Positions 23,838 to 35,610 of a stretch of DNA of 64,000 nucleotides are shown here, one piece after another. A program made the translations under genes and the position numbers. Under the pieces are notes generated by a model that was not told the origin of the DNA, made no database searches, and saw only the letters and a program-made list of their open reading frames with translations. The stretch covers positions 70,744,001 through 70,808,000 of the forward strand of contig CM059432.1 in NCBI GenBank assembly GCA_030390025.1. The letters are read 5' to 3'. Source of the DNA: Squalus acanthias (taxonomy: Eukaryota). The first letter of the stretch is position 1, and each line of letters starts with the position of its first letter.

Positions 23838-26800
23838 TTTTTTTTTTATTCATTCATCAGATGTGGGCATTGCTGGCAAGGCCAGCATTTATTGCCCATC
23901 CCTAATTGCCCTTGAGAAGGTGGTGGTGAGCCGCCGCCTTGAACTGCTGCAGTCCTTGTGAAGGTACTCCCACAGTGCTGTTAGGGAGGGAGTTCCAGGA
24001 TTTTGAGCCAGCAACGATGAAAGAACGGTGATATATTTCCAAGTCAGGATGGTGTGACTTGGAGGGGAACTTGCAGGTAATGGTGTTCCCATGCACCTGC
24101 TGCACTTGTCCTTCTAGGCAGTAGAGGTCGCGGGTTTGGGAGGTGCTGCTGAAGAAACCTTGGTGAGTTGCTGCAGTGCATCTTGTATATGGTACACACT
24201 GCAGCCACAGTATGCTGGTGGTGAAGGGAATGAATGTTTAAGGTGGTGGATGGGGTGCCAATCAAGCGGGCTGCTTTGTCCTGAATGGTGTCGAGATTCT
24301 TGAGTGTAGTTGGAGATGTGCTCATCCAGGCAAGTGGAGAGTATTCCATCACACTCCTGACTTGTGCCTTGTAGATGGTGGAAAGGGTTTGGGGAGTCAG
24401 GAGGTGAGACACTCGCCGCAGAATACCTAGCCTCTGATCTGCTCTTGTAGCCACAGTATATGTGGCTGGCCCAGTTATGTTTCTAGTCAATGGCGACCCC
24501 CAGGATGTTGAAGGTGGGGGATTCAGCGATGGTAAAGCCGTTGAATGTCAAGGGGCGGTGGTTAGACTCTCGCTTGTTGGAGCTAGTCATTGCCTGGCAC
24601 TTGCGTGGCGCGAATGTTACTTGCCACTTATCGGCCCAAGCCTGAATGTCATCCAGGTCTTGCTGCATTTGGGCATGGACTGCTTCATTATCTGAGGAAT
24701 TGCAAATGGAACTGAACACTGTGCAATCATCACCGAACATCCCCACTTCTGACCTTATGATGGAGGGAAGGTCATTGATAAAGCAGTTGAAGATGGTTGG
24801 GATTAGGACACTGCCCTGAGGAACTCCTGCAGTGATGTCCTGGGGCTGAGATGATTGATCTCCAACAACTACAACCATCTTCCTTTGTGCTAGGTATGAC
24901 TCCAGCCAGTGGAGAGTTTTCCCTGATTCCCATTGACTTCAATTTTACTGGGGCTCCACACTCGGTCAAATGCTGCCTTGATGTCAAGGGCAGTCACTCT
25001 CTCCTCACCTCTGGAATTCAGCTCTTTTGTCCATGTTTGGACCAAGGCTGTAATGAGGTCTGAAGCGGAGTGGTCCTGGCGGAACCCACACTGAGTATCG
25101 GTGAGCAGGTTATTGGGGAGTAAGTGCCGCTTGATAGCACTGTCGACGGCACCTTCCATCACTTTGCTGATGATTGAGAGTAGACTGATGGGGCGGTAAT
25201 TGGCCGGATTCCATTTGTCCTGCTTTTTGTGGACAGGACCTACCTGGGCAGTTTTCCACATTGTTGGGTCGATGCCAGTGTGGTAGCTGTACTGGAACAG
25301 CTTGGCTGGAGGAGCATTTACTTCTGGAGCACAAGTCTTCAACACGACAACCGGGATGTTGTCAGGGCCCGTAGCCTTTGCTGTATCCAGTGCGCTCAGC
25401 CATTTCTTGATATCACGTGGAGTGAATCGAATTGGCTGATGACTGGCTTCTGTGATGATGGGGACATCAGGAGGAGGTCGATATGAATCATCCACCCGGC
25501 ACTTCTGGCTGAAGATGGTTGCAAATGCTTCAGCCTTGTCTTTTGCACTCGTTTGCTGGGCTCCGTCATCATTGAGGATGGGGATATTCATGGAGCCTCC
25601 TCCCGTTAGTTGTTTAATTGTCCACCACCATTCACGACTGGATGTGGCAAGACTGCAGAGCTTTGATCTGATCCTTTGATTGTGGGATCGCTTAGTTCTG
25701 TTTATAGCATACTGCTTCCGCTGTTTAGCATGCATGTAGTCCTGTGTTGCATCTTCCCCAGGTTGGCACCTCATTTTTAGATACGCCTGGTGCTGCTCCT
25801 GGCTTGCTGTTCTGCACTCCTCTTTGAACCAGGGTTGGTCCCCTGGCTTGATGGTAAAGGTAGAGTGAGGGATATGCTGGGCCATTAGGTTACAGATTGT
25901 GGTGGAATATAAGTTTGCTGCTGCTGATGACCCACAGCACCTCATGGATGCCCAGTTTTGAGCTGCTAGATCTGTCCTGAATCTATCCCATTTAGCACGG
26001 TGGTTGTGCCACACAACACGATGGAGGGTGTCCTCAGTGTGAAGACGAGATTTCATCTCCAAGGACTGTGTGGTGGTCATAAGAACGTAAGAACATAAGA
26101 AATAGGAGCAGGAGTAGGCCATACGGCCCCTCGAGCTTGCTCCGCCATTCAATAAGATCATGGCTGATCTTCGACCTTAACTCCACTTTACTGCCCGATC
26201 TCCATATCCCTCGATTCCCCTAGAGTCCAAAAATCTATCCATCTCAACCTTGAATATACTCAAAGACTCAGCATTCACAGCCCTCTGGGGCAGAGAATTC
26301 CAAAGATTCACAACCCTCTGAGTGAAGAAATTCTTCCTCATCTCGGTCTTAAATGGCCTACCCCTTATCCTGAGACTATGCCCCCCAGTTCTAGACACTC
26401 CAGCCAGGGGAAACAACCTCTCAGCATCTACCCTGTCAGTCCCCTTCAGAATCTTGTATGTTTCAATAAGATCACCTCTCATTCTTCTAAACTCGAGAGT
26501 ATAGGCCCATTGGTCACTGCTACCAATGCTCTCATGGACAGATGCATCTGCGACAGGTCGATTGGTGAGGATGAGGTCAGGTAGGTTTTTCCCTCGTGTT
26601 GGTTCTCTCACCACCTGCCACAGTCCTAGTCTGGCAGCTGTGTCCTTGTCTGGCAGCTATGTCCTTCAGGGCTCGGTCAGTAGTGGTGCTACTGAGCCAC
26701 TCTTGGTGATGGACATTGAAGTTCCCCACCCAGAGTACATTCTGTGCCCTTGCTACCCTCCGTGCTTCTTCCAAGTGATGTTCAACATGGAGGAGTACTG

Positions 26801-27540
26801 ATTCATCAGCTGAGGGAGGGCGGTAGGTGGCAATCAGCATGTTTCCTTACCCATGCTTGACCTGAAGCCATGAGACTATATGGGGTCTGGAGTCAATGTT
26901 GAGGACTCCCAGGGCCACTCCCTCCCAACTGTATACTACTGTGCCGCCACCTCTGGTGGGTCTGTCCTGCTGGTGGGACAGGACATACCCAGAGATGGTG
27001 ATGGAGGAGTCTGGGACATTGGCTGAAAGGTATGATTCTGTGAGTATGACTGTCAGGCTGTTGCTTGACTAGTCTGTGGGACAGCTCTCCCAATTTTGGC
27101 ACAAGTCCCCAGAGGTTAGTGAGCAGGAATTTGCAGGGTCAACTGGGCTGGGTGTGCCGTTGTCATGTCCAAAGCCGGTGCCGAGGTCGATGCCCGTTTT
27201 ATTATTGTTTTTCGTAGCAGTTGTGTACAACTGAGTTGCTTGCTGGGCCATTTCAGAGGGCAGTTAAGAGTCAACCACATTGCTGTGGGTCTGGAGTCAC
27301 ATATAGGCCAGATCGGGTAAGAGCGGCAGATTTTCTTCCCTAAAGAACATTACTGAACCAGATGGGTTTTTACGACATTCCGATAGTTTCATGGTCACCA
27401 TTACTGACATTAGATTTATTTAATTAACTGAATTTAAATTCCCCAGTTGCCATGGTGGAATTTGAAGTCGCGTCTCCGTATCATTAGTCCAGTCCTCTGG
27501 ATTACTAATTCAGTAACATAACCACTATGCCACCGTACCC
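23838..27540 (-). mobile_element. Near full-length CR1/L2-group (Zenon/Crack-like) LINE with tRNA-like head and a single APE-RT ORF (decayed)
   Basis: APE motifs (TYRPPS, VGNFNVHH, EPTRGKNLPDL) and RT motifs (NYRPISLLS, LDIKAAFDRVW, GVPQGSVL, FGDD, IYKAQVRSVMEY). Tail ATGAATGAAT-(A)n at 23838. Head GGGTACGGTGGCATAGTGGTTA at 27540. Confidence 0.85.
26080..26510 (-). mobile_element. CR1 3' fragment nested in the preceding LINE
   Basis: TSD TGGTCA at 26074-26079 and 26511-26516; LEFRRMRGDLIETYK...; (TAAGAACA)n tail. Confidence 0.9.
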
Positions 27541-27559
27541 ATGATGCTGCTGTACTGGA

Positions 27560-28362
27560 TGTGGTAGGGCTTGATAAACTACTTCACTCTGTCTATAGCC
27601 TGCTGCTTTTTGTGTTTTGCATGGAGATAGTCCCATTTAGTAGCTTCAGTGGGTTGGTATCTCATTCAAATATATTCCTGGTATTGCTCCTAGTGTGCCC
27701 TTCTGCACGCTCCATTAAACCAGGGGTCTCCTGGCTTGATTGATTAACGAGGGATGTGCCAGGCCATGAGGTTACACATTATGGTGGTATGCAATTCTGC
27801 TGCTGCTGATGGCTCACAGTGCCTCATGCATGCTGAATTTTGGGCTTCTAAATCCGTCTTTAGTTTGTTCTGCCAAAAGGGGTGATGGAAGAGTCTGGGA
27901 TGTTGGCTGAGAGATGATTCTGTACAAGTCTGTGGGACAGCTGTCCCAACTTGGGCACTAGGTATTAGAGGAGGTCTTTGCAGGGTCAAATGGGCTGAGA
28001 GCCCAAGTTTTGTCCTAATCGTTGTTGATGGGTCCATCTGATTCCCCCCCGCCCCCCCCCTTTTTTACACTTTGTAATAATTGTTTACAACTGAGTGATT
28101 TGCTAGGTCACTTCAGGGGGCATTAAGAGTTACCCACATATTTTGGAATCATGTTTAGGACAGACTGGGCAGTGGCGGCAGGCTTTCTTTCCGCAAGGCT
28201 CAGTGAATTAGTTGAATTTTTACAACAATCCAGCAAGTTTTGTGGTTATTTTTCTGGTACTAACCCATAAATTACCAGATTTATTAAATTCAATTTCACA
28301 ATTGGAATTTGGACTTTCAACCTCTGGATTGCTAGTCAGTACCATAACCACTATATTACCAT
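27560..28362 (-). mobile_element. Older deleted copy of the tRNA-headed LINE family
   Basis: Patches homologous to 25700-25980 and 27000-27540, including the head (ATGGTAATATAGTGGTTATGGTACTG). Confidence 0.6.
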
Positions 28363-28454
28363 AGTCTATGGCCTCAACTTTAATCCCCCCATCCCACTGG
28401 CAGGAAAGGGCCAGGCGAGGGGGTGGAGGGTGGCTTAATTAAGAGGTCGTAGAG

Positions 28455-28666
28455 TATGGAATTCTCTGCCCCAAAGAGCTGTGGATGCTCAGTCATTGAG
28501 TATATTCAAGGTGGAGATGGACAGATTGTTGGACTTGAGGAATCAGGGGATATGGGGATAGGGCAGGAAAGTGGAGTTGAGGTCTAAGATCAGCCATGAT
28601 CTTATTGAATGGCGGAGCAGACTCGAGGGGCCGTATGTCCTACTCCTGCTCCTATTTCTTCTTATG
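28455..28666 (+). mobile_element. CR1 3' tail fragment
   Basis: GGAATTCTCTGCCCCAAAG...CAGCCATGATCTTATTGAATGGCGGAGCAG...TCTTATGT. Confidence 0.85.
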
Positions 28667-31600
28667 TGATATAAACCTGCCACCAACCCACCGCTGTAAT
28701 ATGAATGTAATTTACCCTGGAACCCCTCCTCCCATTGACTGCCGGGGACCGTTCCCATGGGTCCCCGACAACTGCCAAATTTCTGCTGCCGCTCGCCAGC
28801 CAGGTAGTGAATCTGGCTGGGTGACTACAGGAAGTTTTATTTAAGTGAGGCCCTGCCATTTAGATTGGGAGGTCCTCCACGTCCCTGACTTGTCTGGGGT
28901 GTCACCCGCTACCAGGCTTCCCTGTATAAAACAGGCTTTGGAGTCCCGTAAGTTGAAAAATGGGTACAATTTCTTTTCTAAGAACTGAAGTAATTGTCAT
29001 GTGGTTTTTTTGATCGATCTCAACAGTATCATTGAATTAAGATTTGATAATTGTGCAATGTTAAGTGTTTGTGGATACTAATATAACACTTTAGACCAAG
29101 TGGAGCTGCAGCGGAACTGTTTTATTATAGTAAATTTGCTTACAAAAATGCAGGTTATCTGGCACAATAATAAATAATCAGTTTGCTTTTGAAGCATTTC
29201 TTTGGATGTAAAGATTAAATTCTAAAACGTTTTACTGCAGCTTTAGGTTGTGAAAGCTATCTTACACATCTTGTATGCCTGTATTTGTACAGATACCAGT
29301 AGTATGTAAATACATTGATAAGTGTATACATTGTAAGCAACATGTTTCCCATTGTGAACAGGATAACAATTGTTGAAATGCAAAGAAGTAGTACAAAAGT
29401 CCAATTTGGAATGCAGTTAGTTTCTTCTATTCCATCAATTTTGGTTTAAACTAAAATAATATGCTTTAAACCAGGCACATTAAATATCTAATTATGTTTA
29501 CATCTTTTTAACATTCACTTAAAAACTGTTTAAACCTTGCACTTCCATGATGCAAAGGAGGGAACAATTGTTAGAATCTTTGTTCTTCATGGGGATGCAC
29601 AATGTGGATGCATCAAGCAACAGATTTAGTAATACTTTGGGGAGAGATGGAATAACCTTATGCACAAAATGCTCAACAATACTTACACAGAATTAAATGC
29701 ACTAGAGTTCATGTAGTTCCAGCAAACCTCCACTATACAGAGATACAAGGAATACAAACTGCTGATCGATTTTGATCAGGTCTTAAAACTTTACAACAGT
29801 TTTTTTTGCCACAACTGCATAACTATATGTTGTGGCTTCACATAAAGGCCATGGCGTTTAGGGGTGTTGCATCATTCAAGCCATTGCTGATTTTTCCATA
29901 CTTTGATAACTGCATTATACAATTATACAATTATAGTAATAAACTAAGAAAGGGAAGGTTCATAGCACCATGAGGACTGGTTTCCTCTAACCAAAGTGAA
30001 TTAGCAGCAAAGTATATACTTCAAAAATGTTGCAGGAGTGTTCCCCATCGAATTTGCTTCACTTGTACCACAATGATTTCACCCAGGTGTTTACTTTCTC
30101 ATCTGTATAAATATATTTATTTAGAGGGAGCTGGTGGGACGGCAGCAGCAAAGAACTATCAGGTCATATACTGGTTATGATAATGTCTTTAAAAAAAAAA
30201 ATAAGACACTCCCTAAGTGAGACACAGCAACTCTGTGCAAGTAAAGCAAATATGACAATTTAAAAACAAAAAAGAAACACTGACATTTGTACCTGCTAAC
30301 AGTTAAATAGAAAATGTAAAATTTTATATACACAAATTGTTTTATAATCTAATGCTCTAATAATAGAATATAAAATCTAATGGCACTTGAAACAAGTTTG
30401 TAATGATGGTTAAATGTACGACCTTCAAGAGATACTCTTAAAGAGTTAAGGTATATGAAAGTGCTAAAAATATAGGTTATTTTGCACATGTTCTGTAGAC
30501 AAAGCTACAACTTAACACTATTCACTATATACTTGTGTGTTGCAACAATACTCAAACATGTTACTCAGTTATGCATCTATAAAAAACTGAACCTTTGTAC
30601 AACTTTGAAAAAATAGATCTAACATTTTATGAAAATTCAATTTCTCAAGCAGCATGCACTTGCTTGTGCTTTAGTTGACATATGAAAAATATATATAAAA
30701 TAATCATGTGTGAAAGGGTAACTGTTTAAAGTTCACTTACTTATTGGAGTTTGGATGCAATTTGAATGCCAGAATTGAGAACAATATACATCCAGTTTAT
30801 GGGAGATTATTTTATTCTCAACATCAGATTTCTTTCAGTTAACACAGGTTGGTTTGAATTAGTTGTCCTCCTTTGAATGTTTTCCCTCCTATTATGTGTT
30901 GTGGGGTTTTTCCTCCAGACACCTTAATTGGTTGTTCTAGATATTCTCAAATACAAATGTTTTCTCTAGTCTAAACCTAAAGACAACTCGTAAAGTCAGA
31001 AGGTGTATTTAAATGAGGCATTTCTGATGTAAAGAAGTGTCCTTCCTTTAACAGGTGCCTGACATACCATAGAACTGGATTTGTAGTTTCATGTAGAAAT
31101 TGTGTGTAAAACATAGATGGGTATCTGTAAACAATTTACCCACTGGCTATCTTCATACCATTTCCCTTTCAGCTGCGCTGCAACCACAGTTTCACTTGCT
31201 CAGTCTGCCTCAGTGTCTGTGCAAGGAAATCTGACTACAGTTTTAAATAAGGGGTCATTTTCCAACTTTGCCAATGCAGAAAGCCTCAGCTGTTGGAAGA
31301 ACACAATGGAAATTTGGGTATGCAGTGCATTATTTTCCATTTAAAGTAATGGTTGAAAAATTGTGTACAGTGTGCACCTGAATTTTCAATAAGTACTTCT
31401 GACAGATGAAGCTCCTTGTTAGGAATGCAATGTTGCAAAATTACCCCTATAGCATCTATATAGTTAACATTGGGATATATAAAAATAAAACTGATTACAG
31501 CATTTGATTGGTTCAGTACACAATGCAATGTAGGTTTTTAAATAATGTCATGTACCAATATCCCAGTTTCCCCCCTCTCTTCCCCCCCCCCCCCCCAAAT

Positions 31601-33884
31601 ACCTTCAACTGGGAGCAATGAAGTCCTGCATTTATTCTATCTGCCTTACGTTTTGAATGCATTTCTCTAAAGGGATACTTTTTAAAAAATAGAACTGTCT
31701 ATGCACATTATCCTGTAGCTAATGGACTTCATATTAAAAAAGGACAATCGACAATTTTCTAGCGTCACTTGTTTCAATCGTCTACCCACAAAAAAGGGCA
31801 GGAAAGACACATCTATTCAGCAGCATTGGCATTTATATACTGAATAATACATTGTACACAATAAGCACCAATCCTACTGTGCTGAGTAAATGTCCACCAT
31901 ACAGCCAAAACCAATGGTGTGACTAACATCTGAAGTATTTCTTAGTCACAGTTCAAAATTCTAATGTATGCATCAAAACCTAAGTGCTAAGCCTTTCACT
32001 AACTTAAACAGTAGACTCAATTATGTAAATGACCAAATACAAATACTAACTTTCAAATCCAGGGAGGACCAGAGCTATAGGTTACAGACAAAAATAAAAA
32101 AAAGTTCATTTTCTTTAAGGCTATCTTTGGGCATAGGCTAGATTTCAAACCAATGACAACGAATGTACACTAAATCTTCAATGTTAATGCAATACTCATG
32201 TAGTTTGAAAATTTAAAACTGAACCACTGCAAGGTACAAATCTGCAAGATTATACCTCCAATGATATTATTTCCAAGTCTAAAAACTTAACAGGTTTCAG
32301 CTCTTATAAACTGTAAGAATTATACATCCAACACAATTCGAGTTCAGTTTGAGAGGGTAGTGCAAACATCATATACAAAAGTTTGCTAACATAATAGCTA
32401 CTGCACTTCAAAAAGCTAATTCATCATGTAAAGAATTGAGACATCTTGACATGAAAAGCATTATATAAATGCAAGTATTATTTTAACGAATGCAAAAGTA
32501 CCATACTTGTATTACTTATTACCATCATTGGTGACATCTCTAATGTCTCCAGTTATTTTGTTTGGGCATCGACTGCTAATAACAGGACGTGGAGAGTTGT
32601 GAGATAGTCAGTATTCCAATGAGTTACTAACCTGATCAAATATGAATTTGTAATTGGGTGTTTAATACTATTCAATTAATTTGCATATGCCTACATGGAT
32701 TACTAAAAGTATCCTCAGATACAATTTCAGGATACTTCTGAAGTATCGGTACCATCAGAAGTGCATGATTAACTTTATATTTGTCCTATTTTTGTCTTCT
32801 AGAAGACTTATCACACATCCTTCTCTAACTACAGGCTTGAATTATACGGCAGTTGTGGTCATGGAAATCTCCATAATCTATCAAGCAAAGTAACAGCCAA
32901 AAAAATGATGGCTATTCAAAATACATTATATGCCATGAGTGAATGCACTAGAGTGCCAAGTCTTGATGGGCCAAATGCCTTTTCATGCCTGACTTTTCTT
33001 ACGTTTTTATAGAATAACTAACAATGCAGCAACAAATATTGTTGTGTGGTGGATGAATTTCCTGCCTTTACTAATTTTAATCACCACTTTATAGTCATGA
33101 CAGTTTTTTTGCTAAAACTAACAAAGACAGGAATGTCATCACTTTATATATTGTATAACTAAAATGTTGATTCTCAGATAGTTAGTGGATCATATGATGC
33201 AACATTATTAACAGTTCATAAATGGGTATTGAGATATGGGATCAAGGATGCATCTTAATGAAAGTCAGAGAAAAAATTTGCCTTAAAAAAAAAACAGTAT
33301 TTTTATTATATAGAAGTATCTTAACCTAGTGTCCATTAATTAAAAAAAAAATGCCCTTCTATTTTTCTTCTCTCACTCCTCCTCTCTTGTTGGCATTCAC
33401 TTGTGTTATACTTTAGTTCCACAGACCCCAAAAATCCTCCAGCACCTGACTGAAGTGTTCATTCTTCATATATGAACTTGACTAGTGAGTTTCTGTAGGT
33501 TATTTGATTATCTGGGGGGAGGCAGGGGGAGAAGGTTGGAAATCACCTCTTCAGCTAGTGCCCATGCATGCATTTTTCTAGAAAATGTCACTGACTAGGT
33601 AATCAGAAATGGACTAGTTAAGTTTTCCCCCCTCCCTAGCCCAGCAATGCTCAGATCAGGTTTAGCATTTTTAATATCACTCCAGCTGATATGGAGTAAC
33701 TCAGCACAGATGAGGGATTGAGCCATTAACACGAAAAAGTGCATTTCGCCGTAATTCTTTCAGCATTCTAGGACTGTTGGCTTGTCTTTTCAAGAAGTTG
33801 TGTGCCACTTTTTCCAACTGAATATAATTGTGTGAAAATCTCAGAGTATGTTCTCTCCTGTTCTCCTTGTAAAGTTATTTAGAT

Positions 33885-34601
33885 CAGTGGTTCTCAAACT
33901 GGGGTCCACGGACCCCTGGGGATCCAGAGAGACTTTCCAGGAGTCCGCGAAATAATGTGAACAGGACCCATTGCTGCGATGGCGCAGGTCGGGTACGCGT
34001 TGTTGGTCGTTATTTTGATTTCCCTGGAATGACTATCAAGCCAAGCTTCGTTCACGGAGTACGGCAGCTGGGCCTGTGACTGGACCTGGACTAAAGCCGC
34101 AGTCCCAGTTACTGGCAGTGCCCCGATGGCAGAAATGCTGCGCACCAGGTAGCGTGTCTGCAGTATTCCAGCGCAGACAGGCCGGTAAACAGCAGAGGTG
34201 GAGGAAAAAAACCATTCTGAAACACTCAGCAGTTGTGTAGTGAGGGGTTACACCTGAAACAGTGCCAGTGTTCCCAACAGGAGCCACCGAGCCTAATCCC
34301 ATTCCAGGAAGAGCAGGGAGGTGTCATGCGAAGAAGTATTCAACAGGCATGTTGCTGAACCTGAACGGTTACCTTTCAGCTGAAGGGAAGATAAAAGTTT
34401 TCACGTCACCAGTCACATCAATGTTTACTATAATTGGACACCCCTGGCAAAATTTCATGCAAATTCCTTTAACAGACACTGATTTATATTTCTGAATGTA
34501 AAGTTAATAGAAGTTTATAGTATTATAATTTAGATGGGGGTCTGTAATTACTAATCCATTTGAAAAGGGGTCCTTCAACCAAAAATGTTTGAGAACCACT
34601 G
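33885..34601. mobile_element. hAT (Charlie-like) non-autonomous element
   Basis: Perfect 15-bp TIR CAGTGGTTCTCAAAC; near 8-bp TSD ATTTAGAT / ATTT(T)AGAT. Confidence 0.85.
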
Positions 34602-35420
34602 ATTTTAGATGAGCTATAAATCTAGGCTCCAGCATATTAAACTGTTACAAGGAAGTAGTAACAATGTTCTTACTCAGGCATTTGAATAAACAGAAGTTTT
34701 TGAATTTAATAATTCACATATGAAGATTCAAAAACTAAACTACAAATAACACTACTGAAATGTGTTAACATTCCCCATTATAATCCTGTACTTCCTAATC
34801 ACTGGCTGACAAAAGAGGTAAAATTCCTCATTGATAGAGTTAGCTTGGGTAGAGTGAGGTTTCTGATTTTGTACTCTTGTCACCTTTTTGGTAAAATTGA
34901 CAGGAGGACTTTCATTCAAAGTGAGCAAGCAAGGGTTTATGCATTCAAACTAATGGGGACTGGCCAATATCTGCAATAGTCTCAAGAGTAGTGAGTGTGA
35001 TTTACAGAATAGGGAAAAAATGATCCACATACTTAAGAGTTTCAAGCATTAAAACCATTTTAGATTTCATGTAGTGGGGTAAAGATTTATTTCTGGTTGA
35101 TGAATAGTTAGGATCTATTGGGACAATAAGTGGTAGCTAACTGCTAAATTGTGGATAACTGCTAATCAGATTTACTGGGCAGGGAATCAGAATTTTGTGC
35201 ATAAAGAACTAATACTACATAACTGAAGTAGTACAGTATTGCATTAACAATTTACTATTAGCAGTGATGAAGAATACAGAGATCACATCGATCTACGAAG
35301 GAACATGTAGATCAAAGCCAGACAGCTCCTTCGGCCTTCCCTCCATTCCATCTTTTTGGGCTACAGGTTATTTTGGTTCAGCAATATTCCACCAAGCTAA
35401 TATACTCAAGAAGCCCATGA

Positions 35421-35610
35421 GACAAAAGCACAACTAATTTATAAACACTCAGCAGGTCAGTCAGAATTTGTGGAGAACAGACAAGTTAACATTTCAGATG
35501 TCACTCTTCATCACTTCTGAAGGGTTACACCTGAAATGTTACCTTGTCTGTTCTCTCCACAGATGCCAACAGACCTATTGAGTGTTTCCAGTAACTTTTG
35601 TTTTTGCTTA
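35421..35610. repeat. Old foldback remnant of a Penelope-like 3' end with degenerate hammerhead cores
   Basis: Imperfect inverted arms at ~35443-35513 and ~35518-35587, resembling 42361-42450 and 45249-45340. Confidence 0.65.

Noticed and set aside
24890..26161. 423-aa ORF as a novel protein
   Set aside because: Chimeric read-through from a nested CR1 tail into a LINE ORF fragment.
31819..31860. miR-103/107 gene (AGCAGCATTG on +)
   Set aside because: The match stops after 10 nt and no precursor hairpin is evident. Better read as a target site on the minus-strand mRNA.
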